Assembly: GCA_041740935.1 (NCBI GenBank)
Contig: JBGSLA010000091.1
Location: forward strand, 1 to 48,030
Reading direction: 5' to 3'
Source: Desulfobaccales bacterium
GTDB taxonomy: Bacteria > Desulfobacterota > Desulfobaccia > Desulfobaccales > 0-14-0-80-60-11
DNA length: 48,030 bases
Position 1 is the first letter of the stretch, and every line of letters starts with the position of its first letter. Below the pieces are notes generated by a model. That model searched no databases and was not told the DNA's origin. It was given only the letters and a program-made list of their open reading frames with translations. The position numbers and the translations under genes were made by a program. Positions 19,124 through 28,496 of this stretch are shown here, piece by piece.

Positions 19124-19322
19124 AGCTCTCCCCCCTCGTTGCTGGTATGTTCGAATACTATATGAAAAAAATTCTGGTTGCGCAAATGGGAATCAGGCCC
19201 TTGAAGGCTGATGTCAGGCGGAGTCACACAGAGTTTGGCGGGCTCGTGGGTTTTCCAGCGTGAGCTGAGGAACCGGAATACCTGAAAGAGGCGGGAGGCG
19301 CTGCGCTTTTTCGCTACGGCCC

Positions 19323-19357
19323 TATGAGCTATGAGCTGTGGGCTTTGGGCTTTAAGC
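19323..19357. repeat. Heptamer tandem repeat (TATGAGC-like x5)
   Basis: TATGAGC TATGAGC TGTGGGC TTTGGGC TTTAAGC. Confidence 0.8.
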
Positions 19358-19749
19358 TAAAATTCCGTGGCTGCGATTGGCCACCCCTGGAGGATGGATA
19401 AATGGTGAACAGCCGCGCCCGGCTGTCCAGTGAGGGCAGGCGAGGGCGCCTGCTCTACATTTTGGGGAAATCAGCATGGAAAGACCTGCTTTTTTTACTT
19501 TGGACCCTGGACTTTTATAAACCGGAACAAGTAGTAAATGCCGCGGTTTTTTGAATGCCTCCCCCTCCCCGGCCCCGGAAAAAATGCCGCCCTCCTTGCG
19601 GACCAAGCCTTCAAGGCCTAACTTGTAGGAAAAACAGGAGCGCCGGACGCCCCTCATCGCAATAAGGGTGTTATTTTTTTGAATATGTTGATAAAATTAA
19701 AAAAATAACCGAAACAGATGGTGGGGCAGATCAGCGCCGGGAGGATGTC

Positions 19750-20007
19750 ATGTCGTATTCGTTGGACGCCTTGAAGGCCAAGATTGTGGATTTCTACCCG
19801 GAGATCGACAAGCACCAACTGGAAACCAGCATGGATTTTGATAAAGACAAAAACGCCTATGTCATCAAAATCAAAAAGGGCGAGCAGGCGCTCACCACCT
19901 TTCTCGACAAACCGGACGCCGACGCCTGTGTCGAGGGCAAAAAATGCGTGTATCTGGGGCTGCACATCGCCGAGTTCGCCAAGAATTTCGAGTTGCAGGA
20001 AAAATAA
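19750..20007 (+). CDS. Small hypothetical protein (85 aa)
   Basis: GGAGG RBS, host codon usage, DADACVEGKKCVYLG. Confidence 0.85.
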   Translation: MSYSLDALKAKIVDFYPEIDKHQLETSMDFDKDKNAYVIKIKKGEQALTTFLDKPDADACVEGKKCVYLGLHIAEFAKNFELQEK

Positions 20008-20022
20008 CCGGGAGCGCCTTTG

Positions 20023-20376
20023 ATGGAAAAAGAAAAACTGGCGTTGTTCGCCTTTAACGGCGACGCCATGTGCTTCGTGCATGTTTTGTTGAACGGCCTG
20101 GACCTCAAGGCCAAGGGCGCGGAGGTGAAAATTGTCTTCGAGGGCGCGGCCTGCCGTTTGGTCTCCGAGTTGGGGAAGACGGACCACGCCTTCCACCAAC
20201 TCTACGCCAAGGCCCGGGAACAGGGTCTGTTTGACGGCATCTGCAAGGCCTGCGCCCACAAAATGGGCAGCCTGGAGGAGGCCCGAACCCAGGGTCTGAC
20301 CATCCTGGAGGACATGTCGGGTCACGCCGGCCTGGCGCCCTATATCCAGGCAGGCTATCGCATCATCACCTTCTAA
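20023..20376 (+). CDS. DsrE-like family protein
   Basis: FAFNGDAMCFVHVLLN, VKIVFEG, ICKACA, GYRIITF. Confidence 0.8.
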   Translation: MEKEKLALFAFNGDAMCFVHVLLNGLDLKAKGAEVKIVFEGAACRLVSELGKTDHAFHQLYAKAREQGLFDGICKACAHKMGSLEEARTQGLTILEDMSGHAGLAPYIQAGYRIITF

Positions 20377-20492
20377 CGGCGGGTCTGGGGGGACCTGCCG
20401 CCCGGGGCTCCGGAGCAGCCGGCGTTTAAGGGGGCCTAAGCTCTTCGGGGCCAAAACCGTGATTGTGAACCTGTGGTGGGGGGGAAAGTGCC

Positions 20493-22862
20493 ATGAAATT
20501 TTTTCGAGGGAAAACGGATCCCAGATTTGACAGGTTCCATTCCCGGCGGCGGTGGGCCAAACGCCTGGGGTGGATCCTCTACGGTCTGCTGTTCACTGCC
20601 ATTCTGGCGGTGGTGGGGGCCGGCGGCTTTATTTATCATTCCTACATCAAAGACCTGCCGGACTTCACCGCCATCAAGGAATACCGCCCGCCGGTGGTGA
20701 CCCGCATCTATGCCCGGGATGGCCGCCTCATGGGGGAGTTCTATGCCGAGCGGCGCATCGAGGTGCCCTACGGCCGCCTGCCCCGCCACCTGATTCTGGC
20801 CTTCGTGGCCGCGGAAGACGCCCGCTTTTTTGAGCACCCCGGGGTGGATGTGTTCGGCATCGTGCGCGCCTTTCTGAGGAACGTGGAGGCCGGGGAGATT
20901 GTCCAGGGGGGGAGCACCATCACCCAGCAGGTGGTGAAACGCATCCTGCTCACCTCGGAGAAAAGCTTTGCCCGCAAGATCAAAGAGGCGGTGCTGGCCT
21001 ACCGCATCGACAATTACCTCACCAAGGAAGAAATTCTGACGCTCTACCTGAACCACATTTTTTTGGGGCGGGGCTCCTACGGGGTGGAAGCCGCGGCCCA
21101 GGAATTTTTCTCCAAACACGTGGAGGACCTCACCCTGGCGGAGGCCACCATTTTGGCGGGCATCCCCAAGGCCCCGAGCCGCTATTCCCCCTATTTGAAC
21201 CCGCAAAAGGCCAAGGAGCGCCAGGCCTATGTGCTCCGGCGCATGGCCGAAGTGGGCTTTGTGACCAGGGAAGAGGCGGCTGCGGCCCTGCGCCAGCCCA
21301 TCAAGCTCAAATCCATGCGGGCCGACTGGATCAAAGAGTGCGGCTATTTCACCGAGCACGTGCGGGGCCTGCTGGAAGACCGGTTCGGCAAAGAGCAGGT
21401 GATGAATCTGGGCCTCAGGGTTTACACCACCGCGGACGCGGGCCTGCACCGGACGGCCCAGAAGGCCATCCGGGACGGCATGGACGCCCTGGTGAAGCGC
21501 AACGGCTACCGGGGCCCCTTAAGGCATTTGAGCCCCAAAGAGCGGCCTAATTTTCAGGAACGCCAGGTCAAGTATTTTAAGAAATATCCCCCCCGCAAGG
21601 GCATCCTGGTCACGGCCCTGGTGGTCCAGGGGGATAAGAAGGGGCAGGGGGTGGCTGTCCGCTTCGGGGAGCACGCCGGGGTCCTGGTGCCGCCGCCCGT
21701 TGACCCGGAAACCCAGGAGCGCCCCCAGGTGCGCCTGGCCTCTTTTGGTCCGGGGGACGTGATCCAGGTCCGCCTGATCAACCAGGATCGCCAGAAGCGC
21801 TGGACCGCCACCCTGGAGGCCGCGCCCATGGTGCAGGGGGCCCTCTTGTCCATGGAAATTGACACTGGCAAGGTGCGGACCATGATGGGGGGCAAGGATT
21901 TCACCGACAGCACCTTCAATCGGGCCTCCCAGGCCCACCGGCAGCCGGGGAGCGCGTTCAAGCCCATAATTTATGCGGCCGCGGTGGAACGGGGCTATGG
22001 GCCCAATTCCATTCTCCAGGACGAACCCCTGTCTCTGCCGGGGGGCCGCCACGGGGAGATGTGGACCCCCCAGAATTACGACCACAGTTTTTACGGCCCC
22101 ATCCCCCTGTCCACCGCGCTGGCCCGCTCCCGGAACATTCCGGCGGTGCGCATGATGATGGCCCTGGGGGTCCCCGCGGTGGTCAACATGGCCAAAACTC
22201 TGGGGATCGCCTCTCCCGTATACCCCAACTATGCCTCTGCCCTGGGGGCCTCGGAAGTGACGCTCCTGGAGCTCACCCGGGCCTACTCGGTCTTCCCTAA
22301 CCGGGGCAATCTCGTCGAGCCGGTGTTCATTGAACGCCTGGAGGACCGGGACGGCCGCACCCTGTTCGAAGGCAGGCCCCGGCGTCAGAGGGTGCTGACC
22401 CAGGAAAGCGCCGACATCATGACCAACCTGTTGATCGGCGTGGTGGAGCGGGGCACCGCCACCCGGGTGCGGGTGTTGCAGCGCCCCGTGGGCGGCAAGA
22501 CCGGCACCACCAACAAGACCCGGGACGCCTGGTTCATCGGTTTTACCCCGTCGCTGATCACCGGCGTCTGGGTGGGCATGGACAATGAGCGCAGTCTGGG
22601 CCCCAAAGAGACCGGCTCCCAGGCCGCGGCGCCCATCTTTATTTCCTATATGCAGGAAGCCCTCAAGAGCCAGGCGGTGGAGAACTTCCACGCGGATGTC
22701 AAAGCACCGGCGAAAAGAGGCGATGGATACGATGAGGACGCCGACGATGAGGAGTCCGATGAGGAAGAAGAATTTTACCCGGATAACGGGGCGTTCACCG
22801 AAAAGCCTCCCAAAACCCCATCGCCCCATAAGGACTTCTTTAAGAGCGATATAGAGGGCTGA
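20493..22862 (+). CDS. mrcA: Penicillin-binding protein 1A (class A)
   Basis: EDARFFEHPG, GGSTITQQ, RKIKE transglycosylase motifs; SAFK, SRN, KTG transpeptidase motifs. Confidence 0.95.
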   Translation: MKFFRGKTDPRFDRFHSRRRWAKRLGWILYGLLFTAILAVVGAGGFIYHSYIKDLPDFTAIKEYRPPVVTRIYARDGRLMGEFYAERRIEVPYGRLPRHLILAFVAAEDARFFEHPGVDVFGIVRAFLRNVEAGEIVQGGSTITQQVVKRILLTSEKSFARKIKEAVLAYRIDNYLTKEEILTLYLNHIFLGRGSYGVEAAAQEFFSKHVEDLTLAEATILAGIPKAPSRYSPYLNPQKAKERQAYVLRRMAEVGFVTREEAAAALRQPIKLKSMRADWIKECGYFTEHVRGLLEDRFGKEQVMNLGLRVYTTADAGLHRTAQKAIRDGMDALVKRNGYRGPLRHLSPKERPNFQERQVKYFKKYPPRKGILVTALVVQGDKKGQGVAVRFGEHAGVLVPPPVDPETQERPQVRLASFGPGDVIQVRLINQDRQKRWTATLEAAPMVQGALLSMEIDTGKVRTMMGGKDFTDSTFNRASQAHRQPGSAFKPIIYAAAVERGYGPNSILQDEPLSLPGGRHGEMWTPQNYDHSFYGPIPLSTALARSRNIPAVRMMMALGVPAVVNMAKTLGIASPVYPNYASALGASEVTLLELTRAYSVFPNRGNLVEPVFIERLEDRDGRTLFEGRPRRQRVLTQESADIMTNLLIGVVERGTATRVRVLQRPVGGKTGTTNKTRDAWFIGFTPSLITGVWVGMDNERSLGPKETGSQAAAPIFISYMQEALKSQAVENFHADVKAPAKRGDGYDEDADDEESDEEEEFYPDNGAFTEKPPKTPSPHKDFFKSDIEG

Positions 22863-23051
22863 GGCCGGATTGCCATAAAGACCGAGTGGACCAAAGTTCG
22901 GAATTTTCGAATCCGGTGGGATATGGTATGGTCACCCTGAGGCCGGGGCCAAGATTTTTTCAATGGCCGATCGCCGAATTTTTGAATAACTTACCTTGGG
23001 GAAGGCAGGGAACTGTGCTTTTCCCATGGCTTTTTTGCGGTTGAGGGGATA

Positions 23052-23891
23052 ATGCGACAGATTGAGGTGGAAACCATCATCGCGGCGGTAAAAGAGGCGG
23101 CGATCAAAGCGAATTATGAATTAGAGGAAGACATGCTGGCCGCGTTCGCAAAAGGGGAGCAGGAAGAAGAATCCCCGGCCGGACGGGAAATTTTCCGGCA
23201 GCTCCTGGAAAACGCCCGGATCGCCGCCCGGGAGCGCATCCCTTTGTGCCAGGACTGCGGTTTGGCGGTCATTTTTGTGGAATTGGGCCAGGAAGTGCGC
23301 CTTGCCGGGGGCGATTTCGAGGCCGCGTTGCATGAAGGGGTGCGCCAGGGATATGGGGAGGGTTTCCTCAGAAAGTCACTTTGCCATCCCCTGACCCGGA
23401 AAAACACCGGGGACAACACCCCCGCGGTCATCCACACCGAGATCGTCCCCGGGGACCGGCTCAGGCTTACGGTGGTGTCCAAGGGGGGCGGCAGCGAAAA
23501 CGGCAGCAAGCTCTTCATGCTCAAGCCCGCCGAGGGCTGGGCCGGCATAAAGGACCGGGTGATCGCCACGGTGGCCGAGGCCGGCCCCAACGTCTGCCCC
23601 CCCATGATTTTGGGGGTGGGCATCGGGGGGAACTTTGAGCGCTCGGCCCTGCTCGCCAAAAAGGCGCTGCTCAGGAAGCTCGGCGACCGCCACCCGGACC
23701 CGGAGGTGGCGGCCCTGGAAGAGGAACTGCTCCTGGCGGTCAACGACCTGGGCATCGGGCCCGCCGGGCTGGGGGGCCGGATCACCGCGCTGGGGGTCAA
23801 GGTCCTCATGCAGCCCTGCCATATCGCCAGTCTGCCGGTGGCCATCAACATTCAGTGCCACTCCAGCCGCCACCAGGACGTGGTCCTGTAA
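23052..23891 (+). CDS. Fe-S fumarate hydratase/tartrate dehydratase, alpha subunit
   Basis: PLCQDCG, NTGDNTPAVIH, KGGGSEN, CPP, HIASLPVAINIQCHSSRH. Confidence 0.95.
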   Translation: MRQIEVETIIAAVKEAAIKANYELEEDMLAAFAKGEQEEESPAGREIFRQLLENARIAARERIPLCQDCGLAVIFVELGQEVRLAGGDFEAALHEGVRQGYGEGFLRKSLCHPLTRKNTGDNTPAVIHTEIVPGDRLRLTVVSKGGGSENGSKLFMLKPAEGWAGIKDRVIATVAEAGPNVCPPMILGVGIGGNFERSALLAKKALLRKLGDRHPDPEVAALEEELLLAVNDLGIGPAGLGGRITALGVKVLMQPCHIASLPVAINIQCHSSRHQDVVL

Positions 23892-23900
23892 GGGGGGGGT

Positions 23901-24461
23901 ATGAGCGCCAAAGTGAGCCTGCGTGCCCCGGTGCAGGACGACCTGATCAAAACCCTGGTGATGGGCGACCTGGTCCTGGTGAACGGGGTCATCTATACGG
24001 CCCGGGATTCGGCGCACAAGCGCCTGATGGAGCTTCTGGAGGCCGGCCGGGACCTGCCGGTGGATTTTGCCGGCCAGATTTTATACTATGTGGGCCCCAG
24101 CCCGGCCCGGCCCGGCCGGGTCATCGGCGCGGCCGGACCCACCACCAGCACCCGCATGGACGCCTATACCCCCACCATGCTGAAGCTCGGTCTCAAGGCC
24201 ATGATCGGCAAGGGCAAGCGCGGGCCGGAAGTCGTCGAGGCCCTGAAGCAGTACACCGCGGTGTATCTGGGGGCCACCGGCGGGGCCGGGGCCCTCATCT
24301 CCAAATGCATCAAAGCCGCGGAGGTGGTGGCTTTCCCGGATCTGGGCCCGGAGGCCATCCATCGCCTGGAAGTGGAGGATTTTCCCGCCATCGTCATCAA
24401 CGATTGCCACGGCGGGGACCTGTATGAGGTGGGCCGGCGGGAGTACGCCCGGGTGAGGTAG
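23901..24461 (+). CDS. Fe-S fumarate hydratase, beta subunit
   Basis: YTARDSAHKR, GPTTSTRMD, MIGKG, LGPEAI. Confidence 0.95.
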   Translation: MSAKVSLRAPVQDDLIKTLVMGDLVLVNGVIYTARDSAHKRLMELLEAGRDLPVDFAGQILYYVGPSPARPGRVIGAAGPTTSTRMDAYTPTMLKLGLKAMIGKGKRGPEVVEALKQYTAVYLGATGGAGALISKCIKAAEVVAFPDLGPEAIHRLEVEDFPAIVINDCHGGDLYEVGRREYARVR

Positions 24462-24516
24462 ATTAGACAACAGTTTGGTTTTATAGATAATTATGATGTC
24501 TTAAAAATTGACCAAG

Positions 24517-24641
24517 GAGCTTCTTGCCAAATTCAATAGGGAGAAAGGTTGTCATTCTGAGCAAGAATCTCGTATTTATAAAAGCTTGAGATCCTTCACT
24601 TCGTTCAGGATGACAAAAAATAACACTTTTGCAAGAGCCTC
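24517..24641 (+). mobile_element. MITE with GAGCCTCTTGC-type ends, copy 2, flanked by a CAAG duplication
   Basis: CAAG|GAGCTTCTTGCCAAA...TTTTGCAAGAGCCTC|CAAG; internal GTCATTCTGA...TCAGGATGAC palindrome; homologous to the reverse complement of 44460-44590. Confidence 0.85.
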
Positions 24642-24717
24642 CAAGGCCTGATGGGTTTTGCCTCCCCGGTCTTAGGGAAATTTACGGAGAGAGTGGCGTC
24701 AGCACAGGACGATATCT

Positions 24718-26064
24718 ATGGTGGTGGATCTGGAAAAAATCATGGCCCGGATCAGGGAGAAGCGCCGCTCCTTCCAGGAATACAACTTTTCCCCCCAGGA
24801 AAGCGACGCGCTCAAAACCTTCTTCGATCTGGTCCAGGAATATGAGACCCTGGACAATTTTTACCGCATCGCCGTAGGGGTGATCAAAGAATTCCTTGAA
24901 CTGGATTCCCGCCTGTATCTGATTTCCCGGGAGGGGGCCCTGCAACTGGTGTGCGACAGCCTCCAGGGGGTTTACCCCGACAAACCCCCGGCCCCCGAGG
25001 CCATTCAGCTGAACAATCAGGCCTATTTCAACGAGCAATCCTGGGTGGCCCCCATCCGGGGCAACCTGCTGTTGGTGGACCGCCTGCCTTTTTACAGCAA
25101 AGACCAGGTCATCGGCCTGCTGGAAGTCTTTCCCCGGGAAAATATCACGGAGCGGCGGCGCTTTTTCCTGGAAAAATACATCAACCGTCTGGGCTACAAC
25201 CTGCACAACAAGATCATCTCCTGGCAGAATATCCAGCATATCCGCTTCATCAACGGCCTGGTGGCGGACATTGAACACAATATCATCCTGCCCAACATCA
25301 GCTTGAGCCTCTATCTCCGCAAGCTGAAAACCAAAATTAAGAGTCTCAAAACCATGGAATGCAGCTGCTTTCAGGCGGATTCACCTGAGGCGGCCAACCT
25401 CCATGACCTGGTGGCTGACATGGAGCAGGACTACCAGACCCTGGAGAGCCAATACCGGGGGGTGAGCCTGTTCATTGAGTCGCTGTTCCGGCCCTCCCAC
25501 TTCCAAAAGGGTCAGCTGGTGCTGATGCGGCGCACCACACGGGTGATGAGCGACATCATCCAGCCCCAGCTCAAGATGTATCTGCCCAAGTTTCAGGAGC
25601 GGGGGATCGACATCGATGTGAACTTAGGGGGAGTCCCCGACGAGGATTTTGTGCTGTCGGTGGACAAGGGGCTGATGGCCCAGGTGTACGCCAACCTTTT
25701 TTCCAACGCGGTGAAGTACACCCGCACCAACCACGAGGGGCGCAAGTATCTGTCCTTCGGCCGGGAGCAGCTCAAGGATTTTTTCGGCCCGGGCAAGGAC
25801 GGCATCAAGTTCAACGTCTTCACCACCGGTCCCCATATCCCCCCGGAGGACGTGCCCCGCATCTTCGAGGAGGGCTACCGGGGCTCCAATATCGAGGCGG
25901 AAGTGGGCACCGGCCGGGGCCTCTATTTCGTCCGCAATGTCATCGAGACCCACGGCGGCATGGTGGGCTATGAACCCACCCACGAAGGCAACAACTTCTA
26001 CTTTGTGCTTCCCCTGATCACCGGCCTCGAACCTCCCCTGGGAGTGGAACTGGCCGCCTCATAA
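24718..26064 (+). CDS. Cytoplasmic histidine kinase-like protein
   Basis: NLFSNAVKY N-box, IFEEGYRG, GTGRGL; atypical H-box DIEHN; no TM segment. Confidence 0.85.
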   Translation: MVVDLEKIMARIREKRRSFQEYNFSPQESDALKTFFDLVQEYETLDNFYRIAVGVIKEFLELDSRLYLISREGALQLVCDSLQGVYPDKPPAPEAIQLNNQAYFNEQSWVAPIRGNLLLVDRLPFYSKDQVIGLLEVFPRENITERRRFFLEKYINRLGYNLHNKIISWQNIQHIRFINGLVADIEHNIILPNISLSLYLRKLKTKIKSLKTMECSCFQADSPEAANLHDLVADMEQDYQTLESQYRGVSLFIESLFRPSHFQKGQLVLMRRTTRVMSDIIQPQLKMYLPKFQERGIDIDVNLGGVPDEDFVLSVDKGLMAQVYANLFSNAVKYTRTNHEGRKYLSFGREQLKDFFGPGKDGIKFNVFTTGPHIPPEDVPRIFEEGYRGSNIEAEVGTGRGLYFVRNVIETHGGMVGYEPTHEGNNFYFVLPLITGLEPPLGVELAAS

Positions 26065-26066
26065 GG

Positions 26067-26101
26067 CGGTTTTCGGTTTACTGTTTTCGGTTTTCGGTAA
26101 A
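26067..26101. repeat. Heptamer tandem repeat (CGGTTTT family)
   Basis: CGGTTTT CGGTTTA CTGTTTT CGGTTTT CGGTAAA; related arrays at 6914-6927, 27013-27033 and 35387-35408. Confidence 0.8.
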
Positions 26102-26177
26102 ATTATCGGAAAAATCAGCAGATCAGACCCGTTGTTGCTGTAATTTCCATGAAAACTCGTCGCCAGAAAGCCCTCCC

Positions 26178-26375
26178 GTGACCATCCGCTATCTGGCCCA
26201 GGAACTCTACCGCCTCACCCAAAAGGTGGAGGAATTGGAGCGGCGCCTGGCCGCCCTGGGCGCCGGCCCGTCCCCGGAACGGGGACCCCTGGAAATCGAA
26301 CTTTTCCAGACCAAAAAAGAGCGGGATCACCTGCGGCACTTGCTGGAATCGAAGAAGAACAAGCCCCTGGTCTGA
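26178..26375 (+). CDS. Small coiled-coil hypothetical protein
   Basis: IRYLAQELYRLTQKVEELERRL heptad pattern; GTG start. Confidence 0.7.
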   Translation: MTIRYLAQELYRLTQKVEELERRLAALGAGPSPERGPLEIELFQTKKERDHLRHLLESKKNKPLV

Positions 26376-26600
26376 GTTGTTTTTAAAAAATTCCTCAGGC
26401 GGCTATATTTTGGTAGGGTGGCTGTCCCCGGCCGCCCAGGGTTCCGGCGGGCACGGAGGCCCGCCCCACCCCGATTTTTCACGGTTTTGGTCGACCCAAG
26501 GGCTCATGAGCGGCTGTCCTGTTATGAAAAGTTTTTCGTAGGGTGCGTCTTACGCACCAATTAATCAGGAAAAGCGGCGGGCGGTGCCCGCCCTACATAT
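26376..26600 (+). mobile_element. CTG-cassette locus with REP cargo (junction 26476-26533)
   Basis: TTTTCACGG...GGCTCATGA-GCGG-CTG-TCCTG-TTATGAAAAGT, flanked by GTAGGG REPs matching those at 14774-14876. Confidence 0.7.
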
Positions 26601-26627
26601 CTGCTATCTGCTGACTACTGACTGCTC

Positions 26628-26900
26628 TTAACAGAGCCAGCAGCCCTTTTCCCGGATATCCTCATACCACCTGTGCATGAGTTGGGAGCGCTCTCCCTTC
26701 TGCATAAAAAGCAGCCGAATGACCTGGCTCATGTCGATGAAGCCGGCAAAAAAGGCGTATTTCACCAGGTTTTCCAGGTTCTCCGGGGAAAACTCCCGGG
26801 CGTGCTCCGGGACCCTCTCCCACATGTCTTCCCTCTGGATGATGTCCTTCACCAGGCGATAATGGGCCTGCTGCTCCTCCAGGGTGCTCGGGTTGGGCAT
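26628..26900 (-). CDS. Hypothetical protein (90 aa) with C-terminal CWLC
   Basis: Protein-like composition and codon usage; start uncertain (26900 or 26921). Confidence 0.75.
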   Translation of the reverse strand: MPNPSTLEEQQAHYRLVKDIIQREDMWERVPEHAREFSPENLENLVKYAFFAGFIDMSQVIRLLFMQKGERSQLMHRWYEDIREKGCWLC

Positions 26901-27038
26901 GGTGGCTGAAGCTATGAACAAGATATCGAAGTTTGGGCTTTTGGAGATCTCTCCCTGCCGGTCAGTTTAAGCGAGCCAAGCGACTGAAAAATCTCCCGGC
27001 CAGCCGTTTTTGCCGAAAACCGGAAACCGAAAACCCTC

Positions 27039-28496
27039 CTACACCCTGAAGGTCGCCCGCACCCGCCGGGCGGCCTTGCGGCCCTGGGCCAGCGCGGCCT
27101 CCACGCAGGGCAGGCCCTCCATGTCCGAGTTGGCCAGGATAAAACGTCCTTCCTGGGGGCTCACCCGGCCCTTTAAAAAATGAATAAAGCCGGGGTAGGG
27201 CACCACCTGGGCGTGGCCGAAGCGGTACAGCTGAATCTCCTCCACTTCCGTTTCAATCCCCGGAAAATGGCGGGCCACCGCGTTCAGGATCTCCTGTCCC
27301 TGGTCCTCCGGGGTTCGGCTGAGCAGCGCTTCCCTCCCCCCGGGGTAAGGCTGGGGGGCGAAGACTACCATCACCCGGGGGCTGCCCGGGGGCGCGCTGC
27401 GGGGCGTCAGGATAAAATCGGAGAAGGCCGGTTCCCCCACAACCCAGTTTTCAAAGCCCGGGGCCTCGAGGCTGAGTTTGCCGCACAGGGCCGCGACCAC
27501 GTAGCTGCTGTAGTGAAATTCCCCAAATATGTCCAGGTCCCAGCCGCAGTCCGGGGGCAGCAGGCGGCGGGCCGCGAACTTGCCGCAGGCCAGGATGACC
27601 ATGCCGGCCTCCAGCACCCAGGGGCGCTGGCCGGCTTCATCCCAAACCTGGAGGTGCACCGCGTCCGGCCGGTTGTGCAGGCCCACCACTGTCTGCCCCA
27701 GCCGCAGGCGGTTGTTTAAAGAAGCAGCCAGGGCCTGGACCAGGCGGGCGTTGCCTTCCGGGAATGAGCCGATCCGGGAGGTGGCAGAAAATTCCGCCAT
27801 GAGAAAATACATCCCCGCCCAGGCGGACACCGCGTCGGGTCCGGCCCCCAGGCAGGAGCGGCAGTAGGGCTCAAACAGGGCGGTGGCCTCCCGGGGGAGG
27901 CGCTCGATATTTTCCAGATAGTCCTGAAAGGAGCACTGGTCCCACACCGGACGGGTCAAAAAGGGCGTGGCCAGGGGGTCCCAACTGGCTTCGTACTGCT
28001 GCAGTTCGCCGGTGAACTTGAGAAGCTTTTCCCGCACCCCGGGGCTGAGGTCAAGGGAGCCGAGGCCCGCTGGGGAAAAGCAGTCCGGGCGCCAGCGGCC
28101 CTGGTGGAACAGGGCGCTGGCCGGGGGCGCCACCAGGGCCTCATCAACCACCAGACCCAGCTGCCGGTACCAGGCCAGGGTCTCCTGGTCCGCCGGATCG
28201 TGATAAAAATAGGCGGACCCGGCCGGATAGGGGATCCCTTGATAGGAGCCGGGCTGACAGACGCCGCCGGGCCGGCTGCCGGCTTCCAGCACCAGCACCT
28301 CCCGGTCCTGCAGGTCATAGGCCGCGGCCAGCCCCGAGAGGCCCGCGCCCACCACGGCCACTTCCACCCGGGCCTCCGGACGGTCGGGCCAGACCGTGGC
28401 TTTTTTGCCAGTTGATTGTAGATAATGGTGACATGAGTGAGGGGCGTCGCCGCCCCAGGACAGCACCTTGCATTTGTTCGTATCGGTCATGTTCAC
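27039..28496 (-). CDS. FAD-dependent oxidoreductase (amine oxidase/protoporphyrinogen oxidase-like)
   Basis: VAVVGAGLSGLAAA...VLEA...GG dinucleotide-binding motif; start overlaps the upstream stop. Confidence 0.9.
   Translation of the reverse strand: MNMTDTNKCKVLSWGGDAPHSCHHYLQSTGKKATVWPDRPEARVEVAVVGAGLSGLAAAYDLQDREVLVLEAGSRPGGVCQPGSYQGIPYPAGSAYFYHDPADQETLAWYRQLGLVVDEALVAPPASALFHQGRWRPDCFSPAGLGSLDLSPGVREKLLKFTGELQQYEASWDPLATPFLTRPVWDQCSFQDYLENIERLPREATALFEPYCRSCLGAGPDAVSAWAGMYFLMAEFSATSRIGSFPEGNARLVQALAASLNNRLRLGQTVVGLHNRPDAVHLQVWDEAGQRPWVLEAGMVILACGKFAARRLLPPDCGWDLDIFGEFHYSSYVVAALCGKLSLEAPGFENWVVGEPAFSDFILTPRSAPPGSPRVMVVFAPQPYPGGREALLSRTPEDQGQEILNAVARHFPGIETEVEEIQLYRFGHAQVVPYPGFIHFLKGRVSPQEGRFILANSDMEGLPCVEAALAQGRKAARRVRATFRV

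Noticed and set aside
19235-19300. TPP riboswitch-like words (GCTGAG...ACC...ACCTGA)
   Set aside because: The P5/UAAU element is missing and there is no thiamine-related gene downstream
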